Below the pieces are notes generated by a model. That model was not told the DNA's origin, ran no database searches, and worked only from the letters and a program-made list of their open reading frames with translations. DNA of 32,000 bases. Origin: Candidatus Saganbacteria bacterium. GTDB taxonomy: Bacteria; Margulisbacteria; WOR-1; JAKLHX01. Shown piece by piece: positions 15,475-24,918 of the stretch (its first letter is position 1; every line of letters starts with the position of its first letter). The position numbers were made by a program, and so were the translations under genes. Location: assembly GCA_026387835.1 (NCBI GenBank), contig JAPLKZ010000007.1, positions 35,284 through 67,283 on the forward strand. The letters run 5' to 3'.

Positions 15475-16458
15475 ATGAGTATATTTGACGGAAAAACGAT
15501 CTTGATCACAGGAGGCACGGGGTCTTTTGGGAACAGATTTACTGAAATTATCTGCTCGGAGCATAAACCGGAAAAAGTCATTATTTTCAGCAGGGACGAG
15601 TTTAAGCAATATGAAATGCAAGAAAGGCTGAGCGGTGAAAAATATAAAGTGCTCAGATTTTTTATCGGGGATGTGAGGGACAAAGAACGGTTGAACAGAG
15701 CTATGAGCAATGTGGATTATGTGGTGCATGCCGCCGCTTTAAAACAAGTGCCGGCGATGGAATATAATCCGTCGGAGGCGATAAAAACCAATGTATTTGG
15801 GGCAATGAATATAATAGACTGCGCGATACAAAACAGGGTCCAGAAAGTAATCGCTTTGAGCACCGATAAAGCGTGCAACCCCATCAATCTTTACGGGGCC
15901 ACAAAACTTTGTTCAGACAAACTTTTTGTTGCGGGCAATCATTACACACAAGGAGATAAGCCCAGGTTTTCTGTTGTTAGATATGGAAATGTTGTCGGAA
16001 GCAGGGGAAGTGTTATTCCGTTTTTTATCGAGAAAAAGAAAACCGGCGTTCTTCCGATAACGGACGAGAAGATGACGAGGTTCTGGATCACGCTGGAGCA
16101 GGGGGCTAGATTTGTCATTAAGAGCTTTGAGAGGATGTTCGGAGGCGAGATATTTGTCCCGAAGATACCGAGCATGCACATCGTAGATCTGGCAAGAGCG
16201 ATAGCCCCGGAATGCAAGATCGAGATTATCGGCATACGCCCGGGCGAAAAATTGCATGAAGTCATGATCTCCGATGATGACGCAAGAAACACGGTTGAAA
16301 TTGATTTTTCATATATTATTCAACCCGCGTTCCACTGGTGGGGCAACAGCAACCATACAAACGCTAAGCCTGTTCCTGAAGGGTTTCGCTTCAGCAGCGA
16401 TACGAATACGCAGTGGGTCACGGTTGAGCAGCTGAAACAAATGATAAAAGAAAAATGA
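15475..16458 (+). CDS. pseB: UDP-N-acetylglucosamine 4,6-dehydratase (inverting)
   Basis: ILITGGTGSFG, FSRDEFKQ, FFIGDVRD, STDKA, YGATK. 327 aa. First gene of the operon. Confidence 0.9.
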   Translation: MSIFDGKTILITGGTGSFGNRFTEIICSEHKPEKVIIFSRDEFKQYEMQERLSGEKYKVLRFFIGDVRDKERLNRAMSNVDYVVHAAALKQVPAMEYNPSEAIKTNVFGAMNIIDCAIQNRVQKVIALSTDKACNPINLYGATKLCSDKLFVAGNHYTQGDKPRFSVVRYGNVVGSRGSVIPFFIEKKKTGVLPITDEKMTRFWITLEQGARFVIKSFERMFGGEIFVPKIPSMHIVDLARAIAPECKIEIIGIRPGEKLHEVMISDDDARNTVEIDFSYIIQPAFHWWGNSNHTNAKPVPEGFRFSSDTNTQWVTVEQLKQMIKEK

Positions 16459-17588
16459 AAATACCTTATGCGACGCAATGGATAGATGACGACGACATAG
16501 ATGCGGTCGTTAAAGCGTTAAAAACATCTCATCTGACCCAGGGGCCGGTCGTAAATGAGTTTGAAAAGCAAGTCGCTCTTTATTGCGGCGCAAAATATGC
16601 CGTTGCGGTGAATTCGGGCACCTCTGCGCTTCACGCGGCCTGCTTCGCGGCGGGTATCGGAAAAGGCGATGAAGTAATAACTTCCCCCATAACTTTCGTG
16701 GCTTCCGCCAATTGCGTGCTGTATTGCGGCGGAAAACCTGTTTTTGCCGACATCCAGGAAGACACAGTAAATGTCGATCCTCTTTCAATAGAAAAACATA
16801 TCGGTTCAAGGACAAAAGCGATTATCCCCGTGCATTTTGCGGGCCATCCGTGCGACATGAAAGAGATAAAGCGGATCGCGGATAAGAGCAGTTTGATGGT
16901 GATCGAGGATTGCTGCCACGCGCTCGGTGCGGAAAATGAAGGCTCAAAAATAGGTTCTTGCAAGCATAGCGATATGGCGGTGCTGAGTTTTCACGCGGTA
17001 AAGCATATAACCACAGGTGAAGGCGGCATGGTGCTGACAAACAATAAAGATATTTACGAAAAGCTTTTAATGTTCCGGACGCATGGGATAACGAGGCAGC
17101 AGGACAAACTGGAGCGGCCTGATGAAGGCCCCTGGTATTACGAAATGCAGATGCTCGGATTTAATTACAGGATCACCGATTTTCAATGCGCTCTCGGCAT
17201 CAGCCAGCTGAGCAAGCTTGAAATGTTCGTCAAGCGCAGAAGAGAGATCGTAAAGAAGTATAACGGCGCGTTTTCCGGGATAGACGGCCTGGTCATCCCT
17301 GTTGAGCGCGCCAATGTGAAAAGTGCGTGGCATTTATATGTTTTAAGATTGAAAAATGACAGGAAACTCATTTTTGACAGGTTAAAAAAGGCCGGCATCG
17401 GTGTCAACACGCATTATTTTCCTGTCTATCTCCAGCCGTATTATCAAAGCATCGGCTACTTAAGCGGTTTGTGCCCTAAGGCCGAAAACTATTATTCCCA
17501 GGCCATAACGCTGCCTCTTTTCCCGAAGATGAGCGATGAAGATGTTGAAACAGTGATAAAGGAAGTAAAAAAGGCAGTACAAAAATGA
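16455..17588 (+). CDS. pseC: UDP-4-amino-4,6-dideoxy-N-acetyl-beta-L-altrosamine transaminase
   Basis: IPYATQWIDDDD...LTQGP, NSGTSALH, SFHAVKHITTGEGG (PLP Lys). ATGA overlap with pseB. Confidence 0.9.
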   Translation: MKIPYATQWIDDDDIDAVVKALKTSHLTQGPVVNEFEKQVALYCGAKYAVAVNSGTSALHAACFAAGIGKGDEVITSPITFVASANCVLYCGGKPVFADIQEDTVNVDPLSIEKHIGSRTKAIIPVHFAGHPCDMKEIKRIADKSSLMVIEDCCHALGAENEGSKIGSCKHSDMAVLSFHAVKHITTGEGGMVLTNNKDIYEKLLMFRTHGITRQQDKLERPDEGPWYYEMQMLGFNYRITDFQCALGISQLSKLEMFVKRRREIVKKYNGAFSGIDGLVIPVERANVKSAWHLYVLRLKNDRKLIFDRLKKAGIGVNTHYFPVYLQPYYQSIGYLSGLCPKAENYYSQAITLPLFPKMSDEDVETVIKEVKKAVQK

Positions 17589-18466
17589 GCAAGATAGCCC
17601 TTGGAACAGCGCAATTCGGCCTCGACTACGGGATAAACAACAAAAGAGGGAAGATCCCGCAGGCAGAGATATTTGAAATACTGGACCTCGCATCACAAAA
17701 CGGGATCGATATGCTGGATACCGCCCCGGCTTACGGCGGCAGCCAGGAAATTATCGGAGAATATCAGGCCGCTCACGGCAGCAGATTCAATGTGGTCTCA
17801 AAGCTTTCCAAAGGGTCATTTCCGGATATACAAAAAGCGATCGATGGTATTTTGACGGAAATAAGAGCGAAAACATTGTACGGTTTGATATATCACAGTA
17901 TTGATGATTTTAAGGCAAATGAGGATAGCTGGAAAACACTCGAAGATAATAAGGCCAATGGCAGGATAAAAAAGATCGGTTTTTCACTTTATACCCCGCG
18001 TGAGCTTGAATATCTCTTTGAAAAGTCGGTAAGGTTTGATCTTGTGCAGGTGCCTTACAGCATTTTTGACCAGAGATTTAAAAAGTATTTTAAGGTGCTG
18101 AAAGAGAGAAATGTTGAGGTGCATGTAAGGTCCGTTTTCTTGCAGGGTTTGTTCTTTATGGATGCAAATAAGCTCGACCCATTTTTTCTCGGCATTAAAA
18201 ACGAGCTTGAGCATCTTCGCGAGATAACTGATGAGCTCAAAATATCTATGGTGGATCTTTGCCTCGGATTTGCTTTGATGAACAACAGTGCCGATATGGT
18301 GGTCGCGGGAGTAGACGGCATTAACAATTTAAGAGAGATAATATCCGCTTTAACAAACCTAGACGCAATAAAAAACATATACGAGAAACTTCTTGATCTG
18401 GAGATTGATGATGAAAAATTTCTGCTTCCGTTCAATTGGAAATTATGCGCTAAAGGGGCTATTTAA
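17585..18466 (+). CDS. aldo/keto reductase
   Basis: IALGTAQFGLDYG and LDTAPAYGGSQE are AKR N-terminal blocks. ATGA overlap with pseC. Confidence 0.85.
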   Translation: MSKIALGTAQFGLDYGINNKRGKIPQAEIFEILDLASQNGIDMLDTAPAYGGSQEIIGEYQAAHGSRFNVVSKLSKGSFPDIQKAIDGILTEIRAKTLYGLIYHSIDDFKANEDSWKTLEDNKANGRIKKIGFSLYTPRELEYLFEKSVRFDLVQVPYSIFDQRFKKYFKVLKERNVEVHVRSVFLQGLFFMDANKLDPFFLGIKNELEHLREITDELKISMVDLCLGFALMNNSADMVVAGVDGINNLREIISALTNLDAIKNIYEKLLDLEIDDEKFLLPFNWKLCAKGAI

Positions 18467-19239
18467 TGAATGTAGTTGCGATAATCCAAGCCAGGACAAG
18501 TTCGACAAGATTGCCTAATAAAGTTCTTCTTGATCTTGAAGGCAAGACAGTGCTTGAACGGGTAATTGAAAGGGTATCAGCCGCGAAGACCGTTGACAGA
18601 GTGGTCGTGGCGACCAGTATAGATAAAAGCGATGATGCGATAGAAGAGATTTGTAAAAAAGCCGGCATCGATTGTTACAGGGGATCTCTTGAAGATGTTC
18701 TTGACAGGTACTATCAGGCGGCAAAAAAGTATGGAGCCGATAGTATTGTCCGAATAACTGCCGATTGCCCTTTGATGGACCCGTCTATTATTGATTCGAC
18801 CGTAAGTAAATACATTAGCAGTGGAGCAGATTATATTTCCAACGCTTTAAAAGAGACATTCCCTGACGGAGAAGATGTCGAGATATTTACTTTTAAGGCA
18901 TTAGAGCGAGCGTGGAATGAATCAAAAAAAACTTCGGAACGTGAGCATGTGACACCTTATATCAGGAACAATACAAATATTTTCAAGATAGCGGGATTTG
19001 AGGCTGACAGGGATTTGTCGGAAAAAAGATGGACATTGGACAATGCGGAGGATTATGAGTTTTTGGTAAAAGTATATTCCCGCCTTTATAAAACGAATCC
19101 GCTCTTTGGATTGGAAGAGATATTAGAGTTATTAAAAAACGAACCCGATCTAAATAAGATAAATAGTCATATTGTCCGCAATGAAGGGTATGCGAGATCA
19201 TTGCGTGATGATAAATCAGTAAAAGAGGAGGATTTGTAA
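18466..19239 (+). CDS. SpsF-like cytidylyltransferase-fold protein (possible CMP-nonulosonate synthetase substitute)
   Basis: VAIIQARTSSTRLPNKVL is the SpsF-type N-terminal motif. 257 aa. No canonical PseF (IPARGGSK-type) is present elsewhere in the window. Confidence 0.7.
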   Translation: MNVVAIIQARTSSTRLPNKVLLDLEGKTVLERVIERVSAAKTVDRVVVATSIDKSDDAIEEICKKAGIDCYRGSLEDVLDRYYQAAKKYGADSIVRITADCPLMDPSIIDSTVSKYISSGADYISNALKETFPDGEDVEIFTFKALERAWNESKKTSEREHVTPYIRNNTNIFKIAGFEADRDLSEKRWTLDNAEDYEFLVKVYSRLYKTNPLFGLEEILELLKNEPDLNKINSHIVRNEGYARSLRDDKSVKEEDL

Positions 19240-20549
19240 TGGGAAAAGGACAAGAATTATACAAGAGGGCAAAACAAATAATTCCCGGAGGCACGCAATT
19301 GCTTTCTAAAAGGCCGGAAATGTTCTTGCCGGACCTATGGCCGGCTTATTATGATAAAGCAAAGGGCTGCGAGGTTTGGGACCTGGACGGGAATAAATAT
19401 ATTGATATGAGTTACATGGGAGTGGGGTCTTGTATTCTTGGATATGCTGATCCGGATGTTAATGCCGCTGTTGAAAAGGCCGTTAAAAACGGTTCAATGT
19501 GTACACTTAACGCGCCGGAAGAGGTGGAATTGGCCGATCTGCTCTTAAACCTTCATCCATGGGCGGAAATGGTGAGATATGCCCGCACAGGCGGAGAATC
19601 AATGAGTATTGCAGTCAGGATAGCAAGGGCGGCCACTAAAAAAGATATGATACTTTTTAGCGGATATCATGGTTGGCATGATTGGTATTTATCTTCAAAT
19701 CTGGCTGATGATAAATCCTTGGACGGCCATCTGTTGCCGGGGCTATCTCCGAATGGTGTTCCAAGAGGATTGTCGGGCACTGCAAAACCTTTTATTTATA
19801 ATGATACTGACGGATTCCTTTCCTTAATAGAAAAATTCCGAGGGAAAATCGCGGCTGTCGTTGTGGAAACAATAAGAAGCGATGATCCGAAACCGGAATT
19901 CCTTGAAACGATCAGAAAAGTAACAAAAGAAAATGGAATTGTGATGATCGTTGATGAGGTGAGTTCCGGATGGAGATTGAATGTGGGAGGCGCGCATCTT
20001 CTTTTTGGGATCGCGCCTGATATCGCGGTATTCGCTAAGGGGATCAGCAATGGATTTCCGATGGCTGCAATTATCGGGATTAAAAATATAATGCAAACGG
20101 CGCAGGACAGTTTTATAAGCAGTACTTATTGGACAGATAGGATTGGTCCCGCTGCAGCTCTGGCGACGATAAGAAAAATGAAAATACACGATGTGCCAGA
20201 TCACCTGATAACTGCCGGTAAAAAAGTAAAGGCGGGCTGGCAAGCATTGTCTTTAAAGCACGATTTAGATGTCAAGGTATCGGGAATGGATCCCATCGGG
20301 CATTTTGACTTTAATTACAAAGACCCCCTGATTTTAAAAACGCTGTTTACGCAATTAATGCTTGGCAAAGGGATTTTGGCAACAACAGCTTTTTATGCAT
20401 CTTATGCTCATAAAGATAAGCATGTTAAGTATTATTTAAATTCTGCGGATGAAGCCTTTGGCTTTATTAAAAAGGCCATATTAGAAGGCAATCCTCAAAA
20501 GTATTTAAAAGGCCCAATATGTCATTCTGGTTTTAAAAGGTTAACCTAG
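19239..20549 (+). CDS. class III PLP aminotransferase (glutamate-1-semialdehyde aminomutase-like)
   Basis: GYHGWHDW, VDEVSSGWR, FAKGISNG (PLP Lys). 436 aa. Confidence 0.85.
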   Translation: MGKGQELYKRAKQIIPGGTQLLSKRPEMFLPDLWPAYYDKAKGCEVWDLDGNKYIDMSYMGVGSCILGYADPDVNAAVEKAVKNGSMCTLNAPEEVELADLLLNLHPWAEMVRYARTGGESMSIAVRIARAATKKDMILFSGYHGWHDWYLSSNLADDKSLDGHLLPGLSPNGVPRGLSGTAKPFIYNDTDGFLSLIEKFRGKIAAVVVETIRSDDPKPEFLETIRKVTKENGIVMIVDEVSSGWRLNVGGAHLLFGIAPDIAVFAKGISNGFPMAAIIGIKNIMQTAQDSFISSTYWTDRIGPAAALATIRKMKIHDVPDHLITAGKKVKAGWQALSLKHDLDVKVSGMDPIGHFDFNYKDPLILKTLFTQLMLGKGILATTAFYASYAHKDKHVKYYLNSADEAFGFIKKAILEGNPQKYLKGPICHSGFKRLT

Positions 20550-21649
20550 TGGAAAATAATGTCATTATCAGGGTGGATTCTTCGCCAGAAATAGGAAGCG
20601 GCCATTTAATGCGGTGCTTGGCACTGGCGGATAAATTGCATGAGAAAGGTATGCAAGTCTCATTTATATGCCGTGAACTGCGGGGGAATATATGTCAACT
20701 GATCGATGAGAAAAAACATAAATTATTTCATTTGCCATATTATGGTAAAGGGGCTGAAGGTGATGATAAGTCCGGATATTTAAATTGGCTGGGTGTGTCT
20801 TTTCAAAAAGATGCAGATGAGACAGTCAAAGTCATAAATAACAAATTAGGGAGTGTTGAATTGTTGATCGCCGATCATTATGCTTTAAATGAAGAATGGG
20901 AAAAATCAATACGTCCGTATGTTAAAAAAATAATGGTTATCGATGACCTGGAAGACCGTAAACACGATTGTGATATTCTGTTGGATTGCAACTATAATAC
21001 TCCCGATAAAGAGAGATATGTTAACTTAATACCCAAATATTGCAAGCTGCTTTTAGGCCCTAAATATGCCTTACTCAGGAATGAATTTATAGAAGCAAGA
21101 AGACAATTAAAGGAAAGAACCGGAAGAGTAGACCGGATTTTAGTTTATTATGGCGGGGCCGATCTTACCAATGAAACGAAAAAAACAATTAATGGCCTTA
21201 TACAATTAAATCGTCCGGAAATTGAAATAAATGTGATCATCGGGGCTTTAAATAAGAATAAAATAAATATTGAGAAAATGTGTTCCGCTCTCCCTAATGC
21301 GAAATGTTATTCGCATATAAATAATATGGCCCAAATAATGATGTCGGCGGACCTGTTTATCGGTGCGGCAGGGATCACAACCTGGGAAAGGTGTTGTTTG
21401 GGCTTACCATCGATCGTGATAACTGTGGCAAATAACCAAGTAAAAATTATCGAAAATATGGCAAAAGATGATTGCCTGTATCTATTGGGAGAAAATTATA
21501 AAGTAAATGATAAGGATATTTGTGCGGCAGTTAAATATATGATCGATCATCCGGAGGTGTTGAAGAGTTATTCTTTAAACTCGATTGATCTTGTGGACGG
21601 AACGGGGGCCGAGAGGTGCGCTGATTTGATAAACAGCATTAATAATTGA
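20549..21649 (+). CDS. pseG: UDP-2,4-diacetamido-2,4,6-trideoxy-beta-L-altropyranose hydrolase
   Basis: IRVDSSPEIGSGHLMRCLALADKL and GAAGITTWERCCLGLPS. GTG start shares one nt with the preceding TAG. Confidence 0.85.
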   Translation: MENNVIIRVDSSPEIGSGHLMRCLALADKLHEKGMQVSFICRELRGNICQLIDEKKHKLFHLPYYGKGAEGDDKSGYLNWLGVSFQKDADETVKVINNKLGSVELLIADHYALNEEWEKSIRPYVKKIMVIDDLEDRKHDCDILLDCNYNTPDKERYVNLIPKYCKLLLGPKYALLRNEFIEARRQLKERTGRVDRILVYYGGADLTNETKKTINGLIQLNRPEIEINVIIGALNKNKINIEKMCSALPNAKCYSHINNMAQIMMSADLFIGAAGITTWERCCLGLPSIVITVANNQVKIIENMAKDDCLYLLGENYKVNDKDICAAVKYMIDHPEVLKSYSLNSIDLVDGTGAERCADLINSINN

Positions 21650-21662
21650 AAGGACAATATCA

Positions 21663-22550
21663 ATGGGAAAAGAAAAATATAAGATAATAAAAGATCCAAA
21701 ACATGATTATTTGCGAATAGATCCAATCCCCACCCAGCAAGAAGTTGAGCGGTATTATAAGGAAGAATTCTACTCGTCAGCATACAAACAATTTAACGAT
21801 TCTTCCCTTAAGGTGCAAAAAGAGGAACAAGAGTTCTTTAAAAGTCGATGGGAAAGCATTTGCAATATATGTATGAATATCTACGGCGGGCTGGAAGGGT
21901 TGTCTTTATTTGACATCGGTTTCGGATATGCCCAGGCGCTTTTATATTTCAGGGAAAAAGGCATGAAAGTCAGTGGTTTAGAGCCTTCACCTGAAGGTGT
22001 AGAATATGCAAAATCTCAGGGGTTGGATGTGTTTCAGTCTGGAATTGAGGATTTTTCCTGTGTAGGATCGAGACGCTATGACATTGTTACGCTAATCAAT
22101 GTCCTGGAACATCTTCGCGATCCGGCAGATGTTTTAATGAACATAAAAAAACAACTATTAAAACCCAACGGATTATTGGTCTTAGATGTGCCCAATGAGT
22201 TTAATGACTTTCAGACAGCAGCCAATGAGGAATATTCGCTCGATGAATGGTGGGTCTGTCCGCCAAACCATATTAATTATTTTTCCGGAAATTCATTGAG
22301 TAAACTGTTGAATGATTGTGGATATGAAATAAAAAGCAAGGAGGCATCTTTTCCTTTAGAGATATTTCTGCTAATGGGAGATATTTATGTCGGGAATAAT
22401 GAACTTGGCGGAATATGTCACAATAAGCGTGTTAAGTTCGAATATCTTATGAAAAAGCACGGTAAAGGCCAAAAATTAACCAAATTTTATCAGGCTTTGG
22501 CTGACCTTGATCTCGGAAGACAAACAGTGGTTTATGCGACCCCGAAATAG
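21663..22550 (+). CDS. class I SAM-dependent methyltransferase
   Basis: LFDIGFGYAQ (motif I-like), LINVLEHLRDP, KPNGLLVLDVPN. 295 aa. Confidence 0.8.
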   Translation: MGKEKYKIIKDPKHDYLRIDPIPTQQEVERYYKEEFYSSAYKQFNDSSLKVQKEEQEFFKSRWESICNICMNIYGGLEGLSLFDIGFGYAQALLYFREKGMKVSGLEPSPEGVEYAKSQGLDVFQSGIEDFSCVGSRRYDIVTLINVLEHLRDPADVLMNIKKQLLKPNGLLVLDVPNEFNDFQTAANEEYSLDEWWVCPPNHINYFSGNSLSKLLNDCGYEIKSKEASFPLEIFLLMGDIYVGNNELGGICHNKRVKFEYLMKKHGKGQKLTKFYQALADLDLGRQTVVYATPK

Positions 22551-22570
22551 AAATTAGAGGAGGGATATTT

Positions 22571-23638
22571 ATGGAGTTTGTTGATCTTAGCCGATATTTG
22601 CCAGTTAAGGGAGAGGAAATATTGCCATTCAGTGAGCTGCGCAAAATGAAGCCGGTATGGCTTACGTCAGATCTTCAGATCGTAGATGAGCCTGAAAATA
22701 TGACTTATGCTAAGTATTTAGCAGAAAAGGGGATCGCGGTTACGGCCATAAGAAAACGACCTCCCTTTTCAAAGTATATAGACAGGACCTCTTTCCCGAG
22801 GCGGATACTATTTGAGATGACCAGCAGATGCAATTTTGAATGTCGGATGTGTCCCCAGCAAAACCTAAAGCGGCCTCGTATGGATATGCCGGGTGAGCTT
22901 TACAGAAAAGTTGTTGATGAAATAGATAAATATGGTGTCGAAGGTCTCTGGTTGTATCATTTAGGGGAATCTCTTTTGCATCCGGAATTTCGCGATAATC
23001 TTAAGCATATCAGCACAAAGAAGAATCTCGGGGTGATCTGGATGAGCACTAATGGACAATATTTTAATGAAGATAATATTCGATGTGTTCTTGCGTCAAA
23101 TATTGATTATATCAATTTTTCCGCGCACGCTGTAACAAAAGAAACATATAAAACCGTGGCTTCTCAAGGAGATTTTGATGTTGTTCAGGGCAATTTGGAA
23201 AATTTTTATTCAATTAAAGGAACGGACAATCTCCCTCGAAAACCATATTTACATTGCCAGATGATAGAACAGGAGACAACTAAACATGAGATCGATGCTT
23301 TTATTGCCAAGCATTATAAGCGCGCGGAAGTTGTAAGCATAAACATGCTTGAGTATGTCAATCTCCCGAATAATGCTTATGGTTTAAAGCAAAGAGAGCG
23401 CAAACCGTTGACTTCTTGCATGCGCATATCCAGAAATGATTGTTTTATATGTTCAAATGGCCACGTAACGCTTTGTGACGCGGCTTATAATGGCGAAATA
23501 TTTCTTGGGGACGTTAATAAACAGGCTCTTTATGATATTTGGAATGGCCAGGAACGCAAGAAAATACTGGAGCTTAACAAACAAGGACGAATGAGAGAAA
23601 TTGAAATATGTTCAAAATGTACGGACTACGATATTTAA
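22571..23638 (+). CDS. radical SAM enzyme with a C-terminal SPASM/twitch-like Cys cluster
   Basis: CNFECRMC = C87-x3-C91-x2-C94 (nt 22829-22852), preceded by an ~85-aa N-terminal extension. C-terminal Cys pattern CMRISRNDCFICSNGHVTLC ... CSKC. GAGGAGG SD. Confidence 0.85.
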   Translation: MEFVDLSRYLPVKGEEILPFSELRKMKPVWLTSDLQIVDEPENMTYAKYLAEKGIAVTAIRKRPPFSKYIDRTSFPRRILFEMTSRCNFECRMCPQQNLKRPRMDMPGELYRKVVDEIDKYGVEGLWLYHLGESLLHPEFRDNLKHISTKKNLGVIWMSTNGQYFNEDNIRCVLASNIDYINFSAHAVTKETYKTVASQGDFDVVQGNLENFYSIKGTDNLPRKPYLHCQMIEQETTKHEIDAFIAKHYKRAEVVSINMLEYVNLPNNAYGLKQRERKPLTSCMRISRNDCFICSNGHVTLCDAAYNGEIFLGDVNKQALYDIWNGQERKKILELNKQGRMREIEICSKCTDYDI

Positions 23639-23641
23639 GCC

Positions 23642-24151
23642 ATGAGAGAACATGCGAACATTTCTTTAAATGAATTTACCGGTGATCACATAAACCAGGC
23701 CTATGAATGGGTGAAAAACCCCGGGTTCAAACATTTATTTTTATTGAGGGGAGAGATTACCTTCGAAGGGAACCAGCGTTATTTCGAGAAAGTTATGTCG
23801 GATCCTTGTCAAAAAGTATACGCCATTTACTATAACGGGAAACATATCGGTAATTGCGGAATTAAAGATATATCGCTAAAAAACAAGGAAGCAGAGATCT
23901 GGATTTATATCGGGGACCCTTCATTGCGGGGGAAAGGCGTCGGATCGCAGGCCACTAAAAAACTGCTAATAGAAGCAGCTAAAAAATTCGGTATAGAAAA
24001 GACATATTTGCATGTCGCAGAATATAATACCGCCGCAATTAAAATGTACAAAAATCTTGGATTTAAAGAGGTCCCATTAAGAAAAATGGAAGGTGAATGG
24101 TCAGGCCGCGGTTGTGAAATAATATATATGGAGTTAAAAAATATTTTATGA
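23642..24151 (+). CDS. pseH: GNAT N-acetyltransferase, PseH-like
   Basis: 169-aa GNAT fold with the acetyl-CoA loop RGKGVGSQATKKLL. The size and the position among pse genes fit PseH, but the assignment is contextual. Confidence 0.6.
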   Translation: MREHANISLNEFTGDHINQAYEWVKNPGFKHLFLLRGEITFEGNQRYFEKVMSDPCQKVYAIYYNGKHIGNCGIKDISLKNKEAEIWIYIGDPSLRGKGVGSQATKKLLIEAAKKFGIEKTYLHVAEYNTAAIKMYKNLGFKEVPLRKMEGEWSGRGCEIIYMELKNIL

Positions 24152-24918
24152 ATGTAGCCATGATGCAGCCGACATTTTTACCCTGGACAGGATATTTTGA
24201 GCTGATCAGCAAAGCGGAAAAATTCATCATCCTGGACGATTTTCAGTTTTCAGTCCAAAGCTATCATCAGCGCACGCGTCTTTTCATTGACAAGGCAAGG
24301 ATTGCCTGGTATACAGTCCCGGTCAGGAAGGATATCTCATTTGGGAAGCCGCTCAACGTTACCAGAATAAACGAGGATCTTCCTTGGCGGAAGAAAATGG
24401 CGAGGTGCATCGAGCAGAATTACGGCAAGGCCCCTTATTTTAAAGAATTATATCCTCAAGTCAGTGAATGGTTATTAAAACCGGCAGATTCACTTTCTGC
24501 GCAGAATGTCGCTTTTATTAAATTGGCTTGTGAAATTCTTGGTTGGCAAAAAGAGATTATCTACAGCTCGCAATATCCTTCGACGTTAAAAAGATCCGCT
24601 AGAGTGTTAGATCTGTTGCGCCGGGCCGGGGCTAAACGTTATCTCTGCGCGAGGGGCGCATTTGAATACATGAAAGCCGAAGGGCTCTTTCCTGTCAACG
24701 ACATTGAGGTTGTTTTTCAAAATCACCATCCCCAGCCATATCCGCAGGTCGGTTCGCCGGCAGAATTCGTTCCTTATTTGTCAATCCTGGACGCTCTTTT
24801 TAATGTTGATCCGGCACGTGCGGCCGAACTTGCAAATACAGGAACAACCAAATGGCTGACATGGCAGGAGATGGCCAAGGCGGCCGGTGAACAAAAGGAG
24901 AATCTCGATGAAAATTAA
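24148..24918 (+). CDS. WbqC-like family protein (function unknown)
   Basis: MQPTFLPWTGYFELISKAEKFIILDDFQFS...YHQRTRL matches the WbqC-family N-terminal consensus as I remember it. Confidence 0.72.
   Translation: MNVAMMQPTFLPWTGYFELISKAEKFIILDDFQFSVQSYHQRTRLFIDKARIAWYTVPVRKDISFGKPLNVTRINEDLPWRKKMARCIEQNYGKAPYFKELYPQVSEWLLKPADSLSAQNVAFIKLACEILGWQKEIIYSSQYPSTLKRSARVLDLLRRAGAKRYLCARGAFEYMKAEGLFPVNDIEVVFQNHHPQPYPQVGSPAEFVPYLSILDALFNVDPARAAELANTGTTKWLTWQEMAKAAGEQKENLDEN

Noticed and set aside
22571-23638. RiPP maturase interpretation of the radical SAM/SPASM enzyme, with the N-terminal extension acting as an RRE
   Set aside because: No small precursor-peptide ORF, protease or transporter is adjacent. 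The flanking gaps are only 20 nt and 3 nt, and the gene is embedded in a sugar operon. This is not excluded, only less likely.
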